From assembly GCA_963778115.1 (NCBI GenBank), contig CAVZSV010000004.1:736001-800000 (forward strand): a DNA stretch of 64,000 bases, given 5' to 3'. Positions within the stretch are counted from its first letter, which is position 1, and every line of letters starts with the position of its first letter. The notes under the pieces are model-generated. The model made no database searches. It saw nothing but the letters and a program-made list of their open reading frames with translations, and was not told where the DNA came from. The position numbers were made by a program, and so were the translations under genes. The stretch comes from an uncultured delta proteobacterium. Its GTDB lineage: Bacteria; Bdellovibrionota; FAC87; UBA2466. Positions 30,106-40,312 of this stretch are shown piece by piece.

Positions 30106-31785
30106 ATGCTATTCATGCGTATTCAATTCACGGGGAGAGTTGCCGCTTTTTGTTTTTTTTGGATAGCTAGCACTGCTCTCGCAAATCAGGTCGGACCGGG
30201 TGCTCATTTGATTAACGGAACGCCGGTAGCCGCAGGGACTCACCAAGAGGTCATCTATCTCACTTCGCTGGGGGCTCAATGCACCGGAGTGGTAGTGGGA
30301 CCTCAAACGATTATCACAGCCGCCCATTGTACTAAGACGGGACAGACAGCGACCTTCACCGTGGGATCCACGACGTACACGGCGACAATGACTCAAAGTT
30401 CCCTTTTCCCTCAACAGGATCACGATATCGCAATTGGAATGACCACTCAGCCAATCCAAGGAGTCACCCCCGCTATCGTGGGAGGAACGGCAACAACAGG
30501 AACTTCGATCACTTTGTTAGGGTATGGATGTACTACCGCGGGGGGCGGCCCTGTGGATGGAGTTCTGCGCATCGGAAATTCCGTTATCACCGGATTCTCC
30601 GATTTTGACATGGTCTCTAGACAAGCGGGGGGTGCGGCCATCTGTTTCGTCGATACGGGAGGACCTGCGTATATCCAAGATGGGACAGCGCTGAAACTAA
30701 TCGGCATTAATTCGAAAGGGAATATCCAAGATACCAATTACGACATCCGCACCGACATTCCCGAGACTCAGACCTTTTTGAAAACTTTTGCCACAACCAA
30801 TAACGTCGTCGTTTGCGGAATCAATTCCGATTGCGGTAATAATCCGCCACCACCTGCTCCCACTTGTACTCTGACTGCAAATCCCAATAGCATCGCTTTA
30901 GGAGCCACCTCGACGGTTTCTATCGTTACGACGAACGCGACTTCAGCCACCATCCAAGGCCAATCGGTTTCCGTCCCCACGGGACAATTGCCGGTAACTC
31001 CGACGGCAGCGGGAGTGACTACCGTGCAAGGGACCGTTCAAGGGGCCAATGGAACTTCGGGAAGTTGCCAGACGACCCTTACGGTTACCAATACTCCGCC
31101 CCCTCCGCCACCTCCGCCGACGTGTACTTTAACGGCTTCACCAGAGACGACCACCATTGGCGATACGGTGACCTTGGAACTGGATACCCAATCGACGACG
31201 GCAACCGCCACCATCGATGGCACTTCCGTTTCCGTTCCTGTCGGTAAGACGATGGTAACCACGACGGTAGCGGGCACTTTTACCGTAAACGGTGTGGTAT
31301 CGAATAGTGCGGGTACGGGAAATTGCTCGACCTCATACACGGTCACAACGACACCCCCGCCTCCGCCTAATACTCCCAACTTTGCCATTGTTCCTTCTTA
31401 CTGTGGGACCAATACACTCACGACTTCGGTGACGAGGGTTTGTCTGGCGGTAGTCGCCAAAGACGCAACCATTACCGATCTACGTCTTACCGACGCGCTA
31501 CTTATCTCCTACAACGACGGAACGACGGAAGTCGCTCCCATCATCACGCGTAAAACTGAGCCCCCTCAGACTGGAGATCTTCGCACCATCGAAGATCTGA
31601 CGACCTACGCGAATGCCGTGATCAATGCGAACACTTACGTCGTATTGGATACTCGTGCCGCGACCCTGACGAGTCTTCCGCCCACCAAGGACGGAACCGT
31701 GCCAGCTTCGCTACAGGGACGAACGCCTAAGGGCGTCTATTTTACGGTGGAGCAATTAACGCCGTTTAATGTGAGTAAGAAGTAG
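30106..31785 (+). CDS. Secreted trypsin-like (S1) protein with Ig-like repeats; catalytic Ser replaced by Thr
   Basis: LINGT start, TAAHC, HDIAI, ICFVDTGGP; two PPPP-PTCTLTA beta modules. Confidence 0.85.
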   Translation: MLFMRIQFTGRVAAFCFFWIASTALANQVGPGAHLINGTPVAAGTHQEVIYLTSLGAQCTGVVVGPQTIITAAHCTKTGQTATFTVGSTTYTATMTQSSLFPQQDHDIAIGMTTQPIQGVTPAIVGGTATTGTSITLLGYGCTTAGGGPVDGVLRIGNSVITGFSDFDMVSRQAGGAAICFVDTGGPAYIQDGTALKLIGINSKGNIQDTNYDIRTDIPETQTFLKTFATTNNVVVCGINSDCGNNPPPPAPTCTLTANPNSIALGATSTVSIVTTNATSATIQGQSVSVPTGQLPVTPTAAGVTTVQGTVQGANGTSGSCQTTLTVTNTPPPPPPPPTCTLTASPETTTIGDTVTLELDTQSTTATATIDGTSVSVPVGKTMVTTTVAGTFTVNGVVSNSAGTGNCSTSYTVTTTPPPPPNTPNFAIVPSYCGTNTLTTSVTRVCLAVVAKDATITDLRLTDALLISYNDGTTEVAPIITRKTEPPQTGDLRTIEDLTTYANAVINANTYVVLDTRAATLTSLPPTKDGTVPASLQGRTPKGVYFTVEQLTPFNVSKK

Positions 31786-31891
31786 CCGGGCGGGACAGAG
31801 GATCTAGAAAATAGGTAATAGAGCTATAGCTACGGCTAAATCTAACGATGAGCTATAGCTTTAGCTTTATTGTGTATGTCTAGGTGTTTTT

Positions 31892-32944
31892 TCAACTCGC
31901 AAACGTCAGTTTCGTCCCCGGAAACTGCAAAATAAAATCCTGCCCAAAAGCTTGTGACGGCGTCAAATATCCCGTTGCTACTTCTCCCCTTGCCACTCTT
32001 TTGGTCGCTTCAATCGCCGTATCCGCGGTAAGCGAGTAGGTCTCCGGCGCGTCCAGCCACGCTTCTAAAAAACTTCCCGTCGCATCGGTTACCCTTCCCC
32101 ACATTTTCACCGAGCCTTCTTGATTCATTTTTGCCGAGGGGCCGGATATCCGCTTTTCCACGACGTGCTGAAGAAATGATTTTAGTTTCTGATTCTTTAG
32201 CACGGGCTTCATCACCGACATTAAGGCTGTCACCGCCGGCATAATAGCGGGGCCGGCGACATAGACGGTAACGTTGGGTATTTCTGTCGAGTAAAAGGCG
32301 GTTGCGACATCTCCCCAGGGGAGCGCTGTGATTCTTCGTTTCTTATCGGAAAAGGCGACCGTTTTCGACACGTGAGCCGTCCTAACCGAAATAATTTTTC
32401 CGTTCTTGCGGATAGCACCTCCGTGCTCCCAATGCTCGATCATGGTCTTAATCGTTCCCCGACTAAGTGATCCTTGCGCGGCGAAAGCTAACTCTAAATG
32501 GGTTGCCTCCGGCATTCGCGACTTAAGAGTGGCGGCCAAACAATCAGAGGGAACGACATCAAATCCGACACCGGGTAAGAGAGTGACTTGAGCTTTCTTG
32601 GCCGCCTCCGATCGCGCGTGCAACTCTTCGAAGACGGAAATCTCTCCAGTAATGTCTAGATAGTGAACCTTTTTTTCAAGACAGGCGTCTGCCATCGGAC
32701 GGCTCGTCCGGGAAAAGGGGCCTGCACAGTGCAAAACGGCAGAGACATCGGCCAAACCTTCTCGAGTAGCCTGGGGGTTGGAAAGGTCGAAAATTCGATA
32801 AGGTAGAGAAAGCCGTTCAGCCAATCGCTTAACCGCTTCACCTCTTCCGGCCAAAATAGGAGAGAGGCCACGGGATTTTGCCCGCTCAGCAATCAGATTA
32901 CCGGTGTAACCGTTGGCACCATAAATCAGCCATAGGTCAGCCAT
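31892..32944 (-). CDS. Saccharopine dehydrogenase-like NAD(P)-binding oxidoreductase
   Basis: IYGANGYTG, HCAGPF, YLDITGE, GFDVVPSD. Confidence 0.9.
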   Translation of the reverse strand: MADLWLIYGANGYTGNLIAERAKSRGLSPILAGRGEAVKRLAERLSLPYRIFDLSNPQATREGLADVSAVLHCAGPFSRTSRPMADACLEKKVHYLDITGEISVFEELHARSEAAKKAQVTLLPGVGFDVVPSDCLAATLKSRMPEATHLELAFAAQGSLSRGTIKTMIEHWEHGGAIRKNGKIISVRTAHVSKTVAFSDKKRRITALPWGDVATAFYSTEIPNVTVYVAGPAIMPAVTALMSVMKPVLKNQKLKSFLQHVVEKRISGPSAKMNQEGSVKMWGRVTDATGSFLEAWLDAPETYSLTADTAIEATKRVARGEVATGYLTPSQAFGQDFILQFPGTKLTFAS

Positions 32945-32954
32945 CGCTCTGCCA

Positions 32955-33152
32955 TCACTTTCCTTGTGGCGCGGCGGAAGGTGAAGTCGACTTACCCGAC
33001 TGCGAGGCCAAATGCCTCTTAGCGGAACGCTTAGCTCGTCGGCTCTGTTTGGTCTTAGGCGTTGGAGTCTGAACCGGTGAGGTGGGATTGGCTACCGCTG
33101 GCCCGGTTAAAGCGGCCAGCAACATTAGTGTTAATCCTTTGGCTTTTTTCAT
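32955..33152 (-). CDS. Small secreted basic protein
   Basis: GGAG SD; signal peptide MKKAKGLTLMLLAALTGPAVA; Lys/Arg/Ser-rich tail; fills the gap between two same-strand genes. Confidence 0.55.
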   Translation of the reverse strand: MKKAKGLTLMLLAALTGPAVANPTSPVQTPTPKTKQSRRAKRSAKRHLASQSGKSTSPSAAPQGK

Positions 33153-33176
33153 GGGCTATCTCCCTGCGCTAAACCA

Positions 33177-34331
33177 TTAGACTATGCCACGAGAGTAAGC
33201 TCGGGCGGTCTTAAAGGTCCTACAATACGCATACCATTGCGCGCACGCCATCTTGAATTCAAGCTTAGCCACACGCAACTCGGCTTTGACCGCAATGACC
33301 TTTCTTCGGGAACTCACCTGAACATTTCTCTTTACGCGGCGATAGTCTTCTTTAATTTCTCTCCAGCGTAGCTGCGCCTCTTCCACTCGGGTCTTGAGTG
33401 CATAGAGCTTTTCAACCGGGGCACCACGCTCGACAAGCTTCACGTGATCGATCTGCATACGCGCGTTTAGGATCACCGGATCGGGAACTCGCTTCAAATT
33501 AGATGCCCAGCCTACAAGAGCCGCAGATCGGATCACCCATTTTGCCGGATCCCAGTGATACCAACGAAAACCATTGCGATAATCGGTTTGGAAACGGTGA
33601 TGGAAGTTATGGTACCCCTCGCCACACGCGAAAAACGCCATGATCATGCTATCGCGAGCGGAATTTTTTAGATAATACGGTTGCCGGCCAAAACAATGGC
33701 AAGCCGAGTTGATGAGAAAGGTGGCGTGTTGGCAAAAAACAACTCGTAAAAAACCCACATAAGCAAAACCTGCTAGGGCCTGGCCGAAAAGACCCCCAAT
33801 AAAACAAGGAAGTAAAAGGCCTACCCCAATGGCCAGCGGAACGAAATAGCGATCCTGCCACATGATGAGCGGATCATTCTTGAGATCCGGCGGAAGGGGA
33901 TATTGGTTGCTCTCTTTCCAGAAAAGCCAACCGATGTGTGCATGGAAAAATCCTTGATTGATATTGTAGGGATCCTCGGTGGTATCGACCTGGCGGTGGT
34001 GTCTGCGGTGATCGGTAGCCCATTCCAAAGCAGATCCCTCAAACGCCGTTGCCCCGACAATGAGGTAAACCAATTTCAAAAATTTATTCGCGGAATAACT
34101 ACGATGCGAAATTAAACGATGATAACCGGCAGTGATGCTAAGAGCCGTGATGGGCCAGCTCACTAAAAAAGCGATCCATGCCCAGGGCTGAAACCCGTGG
34201 TGCATCATGTGGTAAGTTACCAAACTGACAGCGGCGATAGGGGATCCTATCAGCCACCCCACGTTTACCCAGTTGATCTTCCTTTTTTTCCCTGCGACTT
34301 GGGTGCCGTTAATGCCATTTCTAGCCAACAT
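33177..34331 (-). CDS. Delta-9 acyl-CoA (fatty acid) desaturase
   Basis: His boxes TAGYHRLISH, DHRRHH, GEGYHNFHH; coiled C-terminal tail. Confidence 0.93.
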   Translation of the reverse strand: MLARNGINGTQVAGKKRKINWVNVGWLIGSPIAAVSLVTYHMMHHGFQPWAWIAFLVSWPITALSITAGYHRLISHRSYSANKFLKLVYLIVGATAFEGSALEWATDHRRHHRQVDTTEDPYNINQGFFHAHIGWLFWKESNQYPLPPDLKNDPLIMWQDRYFVPLAIGVGLLLPCFIGGLFGQALAGFAYVGFLRVVFCQHATFLINSACHCFGRQPYYLKNSARDSMIMAFFACGEGYHNFHHRFQTDYRNGFRWYHWDPAKWVIRSAALVGWASNLKRVPDPVILNARMQIDHVKLVERGAPVEKLYALKTRVEEAQLRWREIKEDYRRVKRNVQVSSRRKVIAVKAELRVAKLEFKMACAQWYAYCRTFKTARAYSRGIV

Positions 34332-34623
34332 TTAGAATTCTCCTAGCTCTCTCAAGTCTATCGCGCGCAGATCACCGGCGTACAGTGAATTCGTCGTCAC
34401 CAAAGCGCAAAAACCCCTCGACTTTTTACTCTCCACAGCGGGATCGCGCCCCGCCGCGCCAAGAAAAACAACTTAACCCTGACAGTCGGGCTGGGCTACG
34501 TACGTTATTCTAGAATCTGTCAATCACTGTATCTTTGTGACCTTGTCTGACCGCTGAACGGCAAAGGTTCACACCCGCAAAAATTGGCGTTATAGTCCGG
34601 GTTACGGGGCCAGGAAACTGGGA

Positions 34624-35568
34624 ATGGGGGGGAACATTTTAATACGTAAAAGCACCAAAGCGCCTAACGGCACTCACGGAAATAGCACCAATCATAATGG
34701 CACGCGGATTCTGGGCATCGACCCCATCCTTTTGTTCTTCCATAACGTCACCGGCACCTTCAGCCCGAATCGCCAGTGGTTGCGTAGCTTTACCCCGAAG
34801 GCCAAGATCGAATTCGAACGCGGCAACTATCTCGTTAAGACCGTGGAATCACGCGCCGAACTCGAAGAGGTTTTGCGCCTTAGGTATGACGTGTTTCACC
34901 GAGAGCATTTGCAGCGCAAAATGCCGGTGGGAATCGATTGCGATAGGTTCGATAGGCTGGCCGACCATCTGGTCATTAAAGATAGAACGACAGGACGCAT
35001 TGTCGGCACGTACCGATTGATCTCCTCGCAATATTCGCTCGAATTTTACTCGCAGTCGGAATTCTCTTTAGGAGCTTTGACGCAGCTGCCGGGAACGAAA
35101 CTTGAACTCAGCCGGGCTTGTATCCACCGCGATTACCGAACCGGCCAAGTGATGCACCTCTTATGGAGAGGGCTGGCTCGCTATATCCAGGAGTGCGGAG
35201 TCGACTATCTATTCGGAATGGCGAGTATCTGGTCCATGGATCCTTTAGAAGTGGGAAAGATTTACGGCTACTTGGCCAAAGCGGGCCACATACGGCACGA
35301 CTTAAATATCTTTCCCACCGAGAAGTGCCGGTTCGGCGGCTTCTCCCCCGATAAGAACTTACAGCCTAATCCTGAAGAGGTTAAAGGATCTCCCATCGCG
35401 GAGCTGGTACCCCCTCTTTTGCAATCCTATCTCAAAATGGGGGCTCAAATCTGTCCAGATCCGGCGCTGGATAGCGACTTTAGATGTGTCGACTTTCTCA
35501 CTATCCTAAAGATCGCCGATCTCAATAAGAGTTACGAAAAGCGCTACGCCCAACGCGCGGCGAACTAG
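34624..35568 (+). CDS. olsB: Ornithine/amino-lipid N-acyltransferase (OlsB-like GNAT)
   Basis: LRLRYDVF, DCDRFD...DHL, VGTYRL, FYSQSEF, LELSRACIHRDYR, PPLLQSYLKMGA, DSDFRCVD. Confidence 0.8.
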   Translation: MGGNILIRKSTKAPNGTHGNSTNHNGTRILGIDPILLFFHNVTGTFSPNRQWLRSFTPKAKIEFERGNYLVKTVESRAELEEVLRLRYDVFHREHLQRKMPVGIDCDRFDRLADHLVIKDRTTGRIVGTYRLISSQYSLEFYSQSEFSLGALTQLPGTKLELSRACIHRDYRTGQVMHLLWRGLARYIQECGVDYLFGMASIWSMDPLEVGKIYGYLAKAGHIRHDLNIFPTEKCRFGGFSPDKNLQPNPEEVKGSPIAELVPPLLQSYLKMGAQICPDPALDSDFRCVDFLTILKIADLNKSYEKRYAQRAAN

Positions 35569-35638
35569 CTTCAGATTTAAGCCTGCCTTCCGGTAAACCG
35601 AATAGATTAAGGATCGCCCTTCTATTCGCAGGTTCTTA

Positions 35639-36667
35639 ATGATTACCGGTTTGCCCGAAATGGTGGAGCTCGAAAAAGTGCTCAAAGGTCTTCCCTCCTC
35701 CGCCCGGGTGGAGACCTTAGCAACCGTGGAATGCAAAGGGCAAAAGTTTCCTATCCACGCCGTCTCAGCCGGAGTTACCGATCCTAAAGCCCCCACCATA
35801 GGTTATTTCGCAGGAGTCCACGGATTAGAACGCATCGGCACTCGAGTCGCAATTTCCTACTTAAAAACACTTTCCCATTTGATGCGCTGGGACCCTTCGA
35901 TGAATTTCTTTTTGACCAAAGCGCGCATTGTCTTTGTCCCTCTGATCAATCCCACGGGAATGTTTCTGCAGAGCCGATCGAATGCCAATGGCGTTGACCT
36001 CATGCGTAATGCTCCGGTCGAGGCCGAAAAGGTCTCCAAATACTTTCTTGTCGCAGGACACCGCATCTCACCCCGACTTCCCTGGTATCGGGGAGTCCAG
36101 GGAGCTCCAATGGAAGTCGAAGCCCAAGCCGTTTGCGACTTTGTGCGTCGGGAAATCTTTCCCGCTTCCGTTTCGATAGCTCTAGATATCCATTCCGGTT
36201 ACGGCACCAAAGACCGGTTATGGTTTCCCTATGCTAAGACCGTTAAGCCCTTTCCCAATTTGGCTGAAGTCTACGCGCTTAAAGATTTACTTGATGTTAC
36301 TTACCCCAATCACGTTTATGCCGTGGAGCCACAGTCGCTCCAGTATACGACCCATGGAGATCTCTGGGACTTCCTCTATGACGAATACCGAAAGCGAGAG
36401 GAAAATGGCCTTTTCTTGCCCCTAGCCCTGGAATTGGGCTCCTGGATGTGGGTGAAGAAAAATCCCAGGCAACTGTTTTCGCTCCTAGGAGTCTTTAACC
36501 CCTTACTTCCCCACCGCTACAAAAGAGCCCTTCGACGCCATTTGACGCTCTTTGACTTTTTGCTGCGATCGATCTGCGGGGCCAATGCATGGGCTTTACT
36601 GGAACCGCAAAAAAAGAAGCAATTAGAACAAGACGCGTTACACTTATGGTATGGAAAAGTCGCATAG
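35639..36667 (+). CDS. M14-like zinc carboxypeptidase
   Basis: GVHGLE, RSNANGVDLMRN, DIHSG, LELG. Confidence 0.87.
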   Translation: MITGLPEMVELEKVLKGLPSSARVETLATVECKGQKFPIHAVSAGVTDPKAPTIGYFAGVHGLERIGTRVAISYLKTLSHLMRWDPSMNFFLTKARIVFVPLINPTGMFLQSRSNANGVDLMRNAPVEAEKVSKYFLVAGHRISPRLPWYRGVQGAPMEVEAQAVCDFVRREIFPASVSIALDIHSGYGTKDRLWFPYAKTVKPFPNLAEVYALKDLLDVTYPNHVYAVEPQSLQYTTHGDLWDFLYDEYRKREENGLFLPLALELGSWMWVKKNPRQLFSLLGVFNPLLPHRYKRALRRHLTLFDFLLRSICGANAWALLEPQKKKQLEQDALHLWYGKVA

Positions 36668-37457
36668 CTCGCAACCCTCCCAGGTCTCTCCCACTAATTG
36701 GATCTTGATTCGCGGAATGAGTCGAGCCTCGGACCACTGGGGCAGTTATCCCAAACAATTTGAACACGAAGTGGAAGGGGCCCACGTCTATTCTCTCGAT
36801 GTTCCCGGGACGGGAAAGCTTTTGGATAAAAAGAGTCCAACGAACATCGCCGAAATGACCGACTTCTTGCGGCAAAGCTATCGAAGCCAGGTTCCCGTCG
36901 AAAGCTTGGCACTTCCCACTTTTCTGATGGGGATGTCGATGGGGGGAATGATTGTCCTCGACTGGCTAGATAGATATCCCGACGATCTGGCGGGAGCTAT
37001 CACCATCAACACGAGTGCTGGCAAGATTAATCCTGTATACCGCAGACTAAATCCCACAGCACTCTTCGCTTTTTTAAGAATTGGCGCTACCCGAGATCCC
37101 AGACAAAGAGAGAAACTCATTTTAAATCTAACCGCCCAGAATCCCGAAAGAAGGAATAACGCGTTAGATGCTTGGAGTGACTTGGCAGTTAAGGCCCCTA
37201 TCACTTTGGAAAATTCAGCCCGTCAATTACTGGCCTCAGCCCAATTTCGTTTGCCGCGCACCCCTCCCCGCAAACCTTTGCTTTTACTCAATGCCGCTTA
37301 CGATCGCATCGCCCACCCCTGCTGTTCGAGAAAGATAGCCGAACGCTGGCGGGCAACACTTAAAACCCATCCCCGCGCGGGCCACGATCTTCCCATCGAC
37401 GATCCTCAATGGATCATTGAGGCAGTACAAGAGTGGCGAAAAAACCAAAACCTCTAG
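36651..37457 (+). CDS. Alpha/beta hydrolase
   Basis: DVPGTG, GMSMGG nucleophile, GHDLPIDDP. Confidence 0.88.
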   Translation: MEKSHSSQPSQVSPTNWILIRGMSRASDHWGSYPKQFEHEVEGAHVYSLDVPGTGKLLDKKSPTNIAEMTDFLRQSYRSQVPVESLALPTFLMGMSMGGMIVLDWLDRYPDDLAGAITINTSAGKINPVYRRLNPTALFAFLRIGATRDPRQREKLILNLTAQNPERRNNALDAWSDLAVKAPITLENSARQLLASAQFRLPRTPPRKPLLLLNAAYDRIAHPCCSRKIAERWRATLKTHPRAGHDLPIDDPQWIIEAVQEWRKNQNL

Positions 37458-37519
37458 TCCCATCCTTTCTTGAATCGCTCCTAAACCCGAGGTAAATTCT
37501 CTTCATTTTCGGAGGACCC

Positions 37520-37978
37520 ATGCTTAACGTCGGTGACAAAGCCCCAGCCTTTACCTTGCCCTCGGATGAAGGGGAGAAAATTTCACTCTCGGATTTTAAG
37601 GGTAAAACCGTGGTCTTATACTTTTATCCCAAGGATATGACCCCCGGCTGCACGACGGAGGCTTGTGATTTTCGAGATCTCTTTGACAAGTTCAAAAAGA
37701 AAAAAAGCGTCGTATTGGGAGTCAGTCGCGATAGCGTCGATAGGCACGCGAGCTTTAAAGCGAAGCAGAAGCTTAACTTCTCTTTACTCTCGGACGAAAG
37801 CGGGAAGGTCTGCGAAGCTTACGGAGTTTGGAAAGAGAAATCGCTATACGGAAGAAAATTCATGGGAATCGAGCGATCGACTTTCGTGATTGGTGGCGAC
37901 GGAAAGATCAAAGAGATTTATGCCAAGGTAAAAGTGAATGGCCATGCAGACAAGGTGCTAGAGGGTATTGGAAAATAA
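37520..37978 (+). CDS. bcp: Thioredoxin-dependent peroxiredoxin Bcp
   Basis: YFYPKDMTPGCTTEAC, RSTF; GGAGG SD. Confidence 0.96.
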   Translation: MLNVGDKAPAFTLPSDEGEKISLSDFKGKTVVLYFYPKDMTPGCTTEACDFRDLFDKFKKKKSVVLGVSRDSVDRHASFKAKQKLNFSLLSDESGKVCEAYGVWKEKSLYGRKFMGIERSTFVIGGDGKIKEIYAKVKVNGHADKVLEGIGK

Positions 37979-38432
37979 AAACTAGGGGCTTGGTTTCGCC
38001 TTCCAAAACATACTAGAGAGACGATTGTACTCTTCTGAAAAGTCACTGCTACTGGGATCATCCCCTTCGCCAACCCCAATAAAAGCATTGCTCTCTCGGC
38101 ATCTTCGGCTCTGCGATTCAAGTCATCCGTATAAGTATCCGCAGAATCCAGAGTCTCTTGTTCACCCGAAAAAGCATTTTCGGTGGGAGGGGCATCCGGC
38201 GAAGGCTCATAACCATCCATGAAAGAGTTTCCCTCGGTGGATCCACGGCATCGAGAAAGGCATTCCGCTTTTCCAGATTTCGATACTCGGTGTAGCCGTA
38301 GTAGCCGGTGGCCCCTCCGGGGGTATCGCTCGATGAGGAGTCGGATCCCGCAGTAGAATCGACCACGTCGCCGAAGGCGAGACCTGAGAGGAGCAAGACC
38401 ACTAAAGCAAATTGAGAGAGAGGGTGTTTCAC
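37918..38432 (-). CDS. Secreted acidic hypothetical protein, apparently split by a frameshift near 38240
   Basis: Signal peptide in 38118-38432. Joining frames at the GATC gives NAFLD..TEGNSFMD..TENAFS repeats that continue into the 37918-38220 ORF. Confidence 0.45.
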
Positions 38433-38559
38433 ACTCTGCTTATCGGAAGGGGACAGGAGATCTTGAACTTAACGACGCTCCTTCTTGTGCTTGGAGATAG
38501 CCTAAGTACCACTCCGAAAGGGCTACGTCCCTTACCTCTGCACCGTCTATAATGAGCCA

Positions 38560-40302
38560 ATGCCTGTCACAGCCTACTTCTGGCTAATGGCCCTCCATGT
38601 CATTGCGGCTAGTCCTCCCGCCGCTATTCACGCTCCCCCGACTTCACGCATCGCAAGAACCGAAGACGCTTCCGAACTCCAGAAAATACTAGCCTGCACT
38701 TCCCTGGGGTACCTCTTACGAGGACGCGCCACCCCAAAAACAGCGGAAGAATGGAAAGCCTTGCTTGCGGGATTCGGAACCGTCAGCGAAACGAGCAACG
38801 TCTTCTCCGATGCGGTTGAGAACTCCAACCTAGAAAACCCTAGGCACCAAATCAGTCTTAAGGATTCCAAATTTAAAAATGACACCCTAACCCCGGACCT
38901 AGCGAACCGGGTCTTTATCGCTTCTAACCTCACGGTTAAAACCGAGCCAGCCCATTTCGAAGTACGCAAAGTGGAACTGCAAACGTGGAACTGGAAGAAA
39001 AAGCATTTCGAATTTGGAGTCGTGGAGAAGAACGAAAACGGCGAATGGGAATTAAAGCTTTTGCCGTTAGGCAACTGCAGTAGTTGCCACAAAAATGGGG
39101 CACAAGCCTACCGGGGATCTCCTTGGAGTAACGGCAATGCCGGCCCTATTGCCGATGCGCTACGTGAGACCCTACCGAAAGAGCTTCTAGGGGATCGACC
39201 CGGCTCTATCAATCTTTTTGGAGATATTGCCGTTTATGATGCGAGGATTCGAGCCGCAGCCAATCTTTTTCGACAGCATCAAGTGCCCTTGCTCGTCAAA
39301 AATCCCAACGATCAAATTAAGTTCCTAACCAATTTGCTAACGCGCGAACTTTTCGAAAAGCCCGAAAATACGGGGCTTCTCAGAGATGCTCAAGTGGCAA
39401 GACTTCAAGCTCTCTCCAAAGACATCGAGGGGATGGAACTACCCGCTAACGCCTCGGCATTTCTGTCGGACAAATTAAAGGATGTTCCTCTAAGCAAAGC
39501 CATGGGACTTTCTCGGGAGCCCACCGCCGAAGAGGTGATCCAATACAGCAAAAAACGCTTTGAAGAAGACTTCGTTCCTCACGAAGCGCTCTCTCCCAAA
39601 AACAGTAGCGCTTTCGAACCGCCTCTCTCTCCCCAAGAGGTCTTAGGACGCCCCTTAAGTGGTGCTATTGGGGATCTTAAATTAGATAATGAGGATGTGG
39701 CCTCCCGATGGCTCAAAAACAGCGTCGAAAACATCTTTCGTTCTCGAGGAGAAAAACCAAATTCCGAAGAGTACGTAAAACTTTTGGAAGAGGTGGTCAG
39801 AAAAGCTTTAAACGAACCTGAACTCAAAGCCTTTATCGATAGAGGAATTATCCCCGAACGGCACGAGCTCTTACCAGCATTGCGAACTTCCTTGGTGCAC
39901 GTCTTAAAAAGAGATTATCCGAGAGCAAAACCGGAAGCCGAATTGGAGCCGCTTCCGCCGTTAGATCCCTATCTTAAAGATTGTTACCCCACTCCAGAGC
40001 TAGCGAGTGTGATCGTTAGGACTACCGAAGCGTGTGGTAGATGCCATATCGGTCCTGAAGCTCAGAAACTGCTTCCCACGGATCCGTTAGACCCCGTTAA
40101 ATTAGCGGCATGGGGTTCCAAGAACACACGTCAAGTGAAGGAGAAATTTTTTAAAGCGATCTACCAGCGCCTCTTCATCCTACGCGATATGCCCCCGCCG
40201 GAAGACCCGGAAGACAAACTCGTTGATAGAGCTTCCGATCAGATGAAAAAACTTCGTACGTTTCTAGAGGGAGAGGTCCCTCTACTTGCGCAGACTCGCT
40301 AA
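38560..40302 (+). CDS. Secreted protein with two CxxCH heme-c motifs
   Basis: CSSCHK and CGRCHI; distal MPP; N-terminal hydrophobic segment. Confidence 0.7.
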   Translation: MPVTAYFWLMALHVIAASPPAAIHAPPTSRIARTEDASELQKILACTSLGYLLRGRATPKTAEEWKALLAGFGTVSETSNVFSDAVENSNLENPRHQISLKDSKFKNDTLTPDLANRVFIASNLTVKTEPAHFEVRKVELQTWNWKKKHFEFGVVEKNENGEWELKLLPLGNCSSCHKNGAQAYRGSPWSNGNAGPIADALRETLPKELLGDRPGSINLFGDIAVYDARIRAAANLFRQHQVPLLVKNPNDQIKFLTNLLTRELFEKPENTGLLRDAQVARLQALSKDIEGMELPANASAFLSDKLKDVPLSKAMGLSREPTAEEVIQYSKKRFEEDFVPHEALSPKNSSAFEPPLSPQEVLGRPLSGAIGDLKLDNEDVASRWLKNSVENIFRSRGEKPNSEEYVKLLEEVVRKALNEPELKAFIDRGIIPERHELLPALRTSLVHVLKRDYPRAKPEAELEPLPPLDPYLKDCYPTPELASVIVRTTEACGRCHIGPEAQKLLPTDPLDPVKLAAWGSKNTRQVKEKFFKAIYQRLFILRDMPPPEDPEDKLVDRASDQMKKLRTFLEGEVPLLAQTR

Positions 40303-40312
40303 GATACTATCT

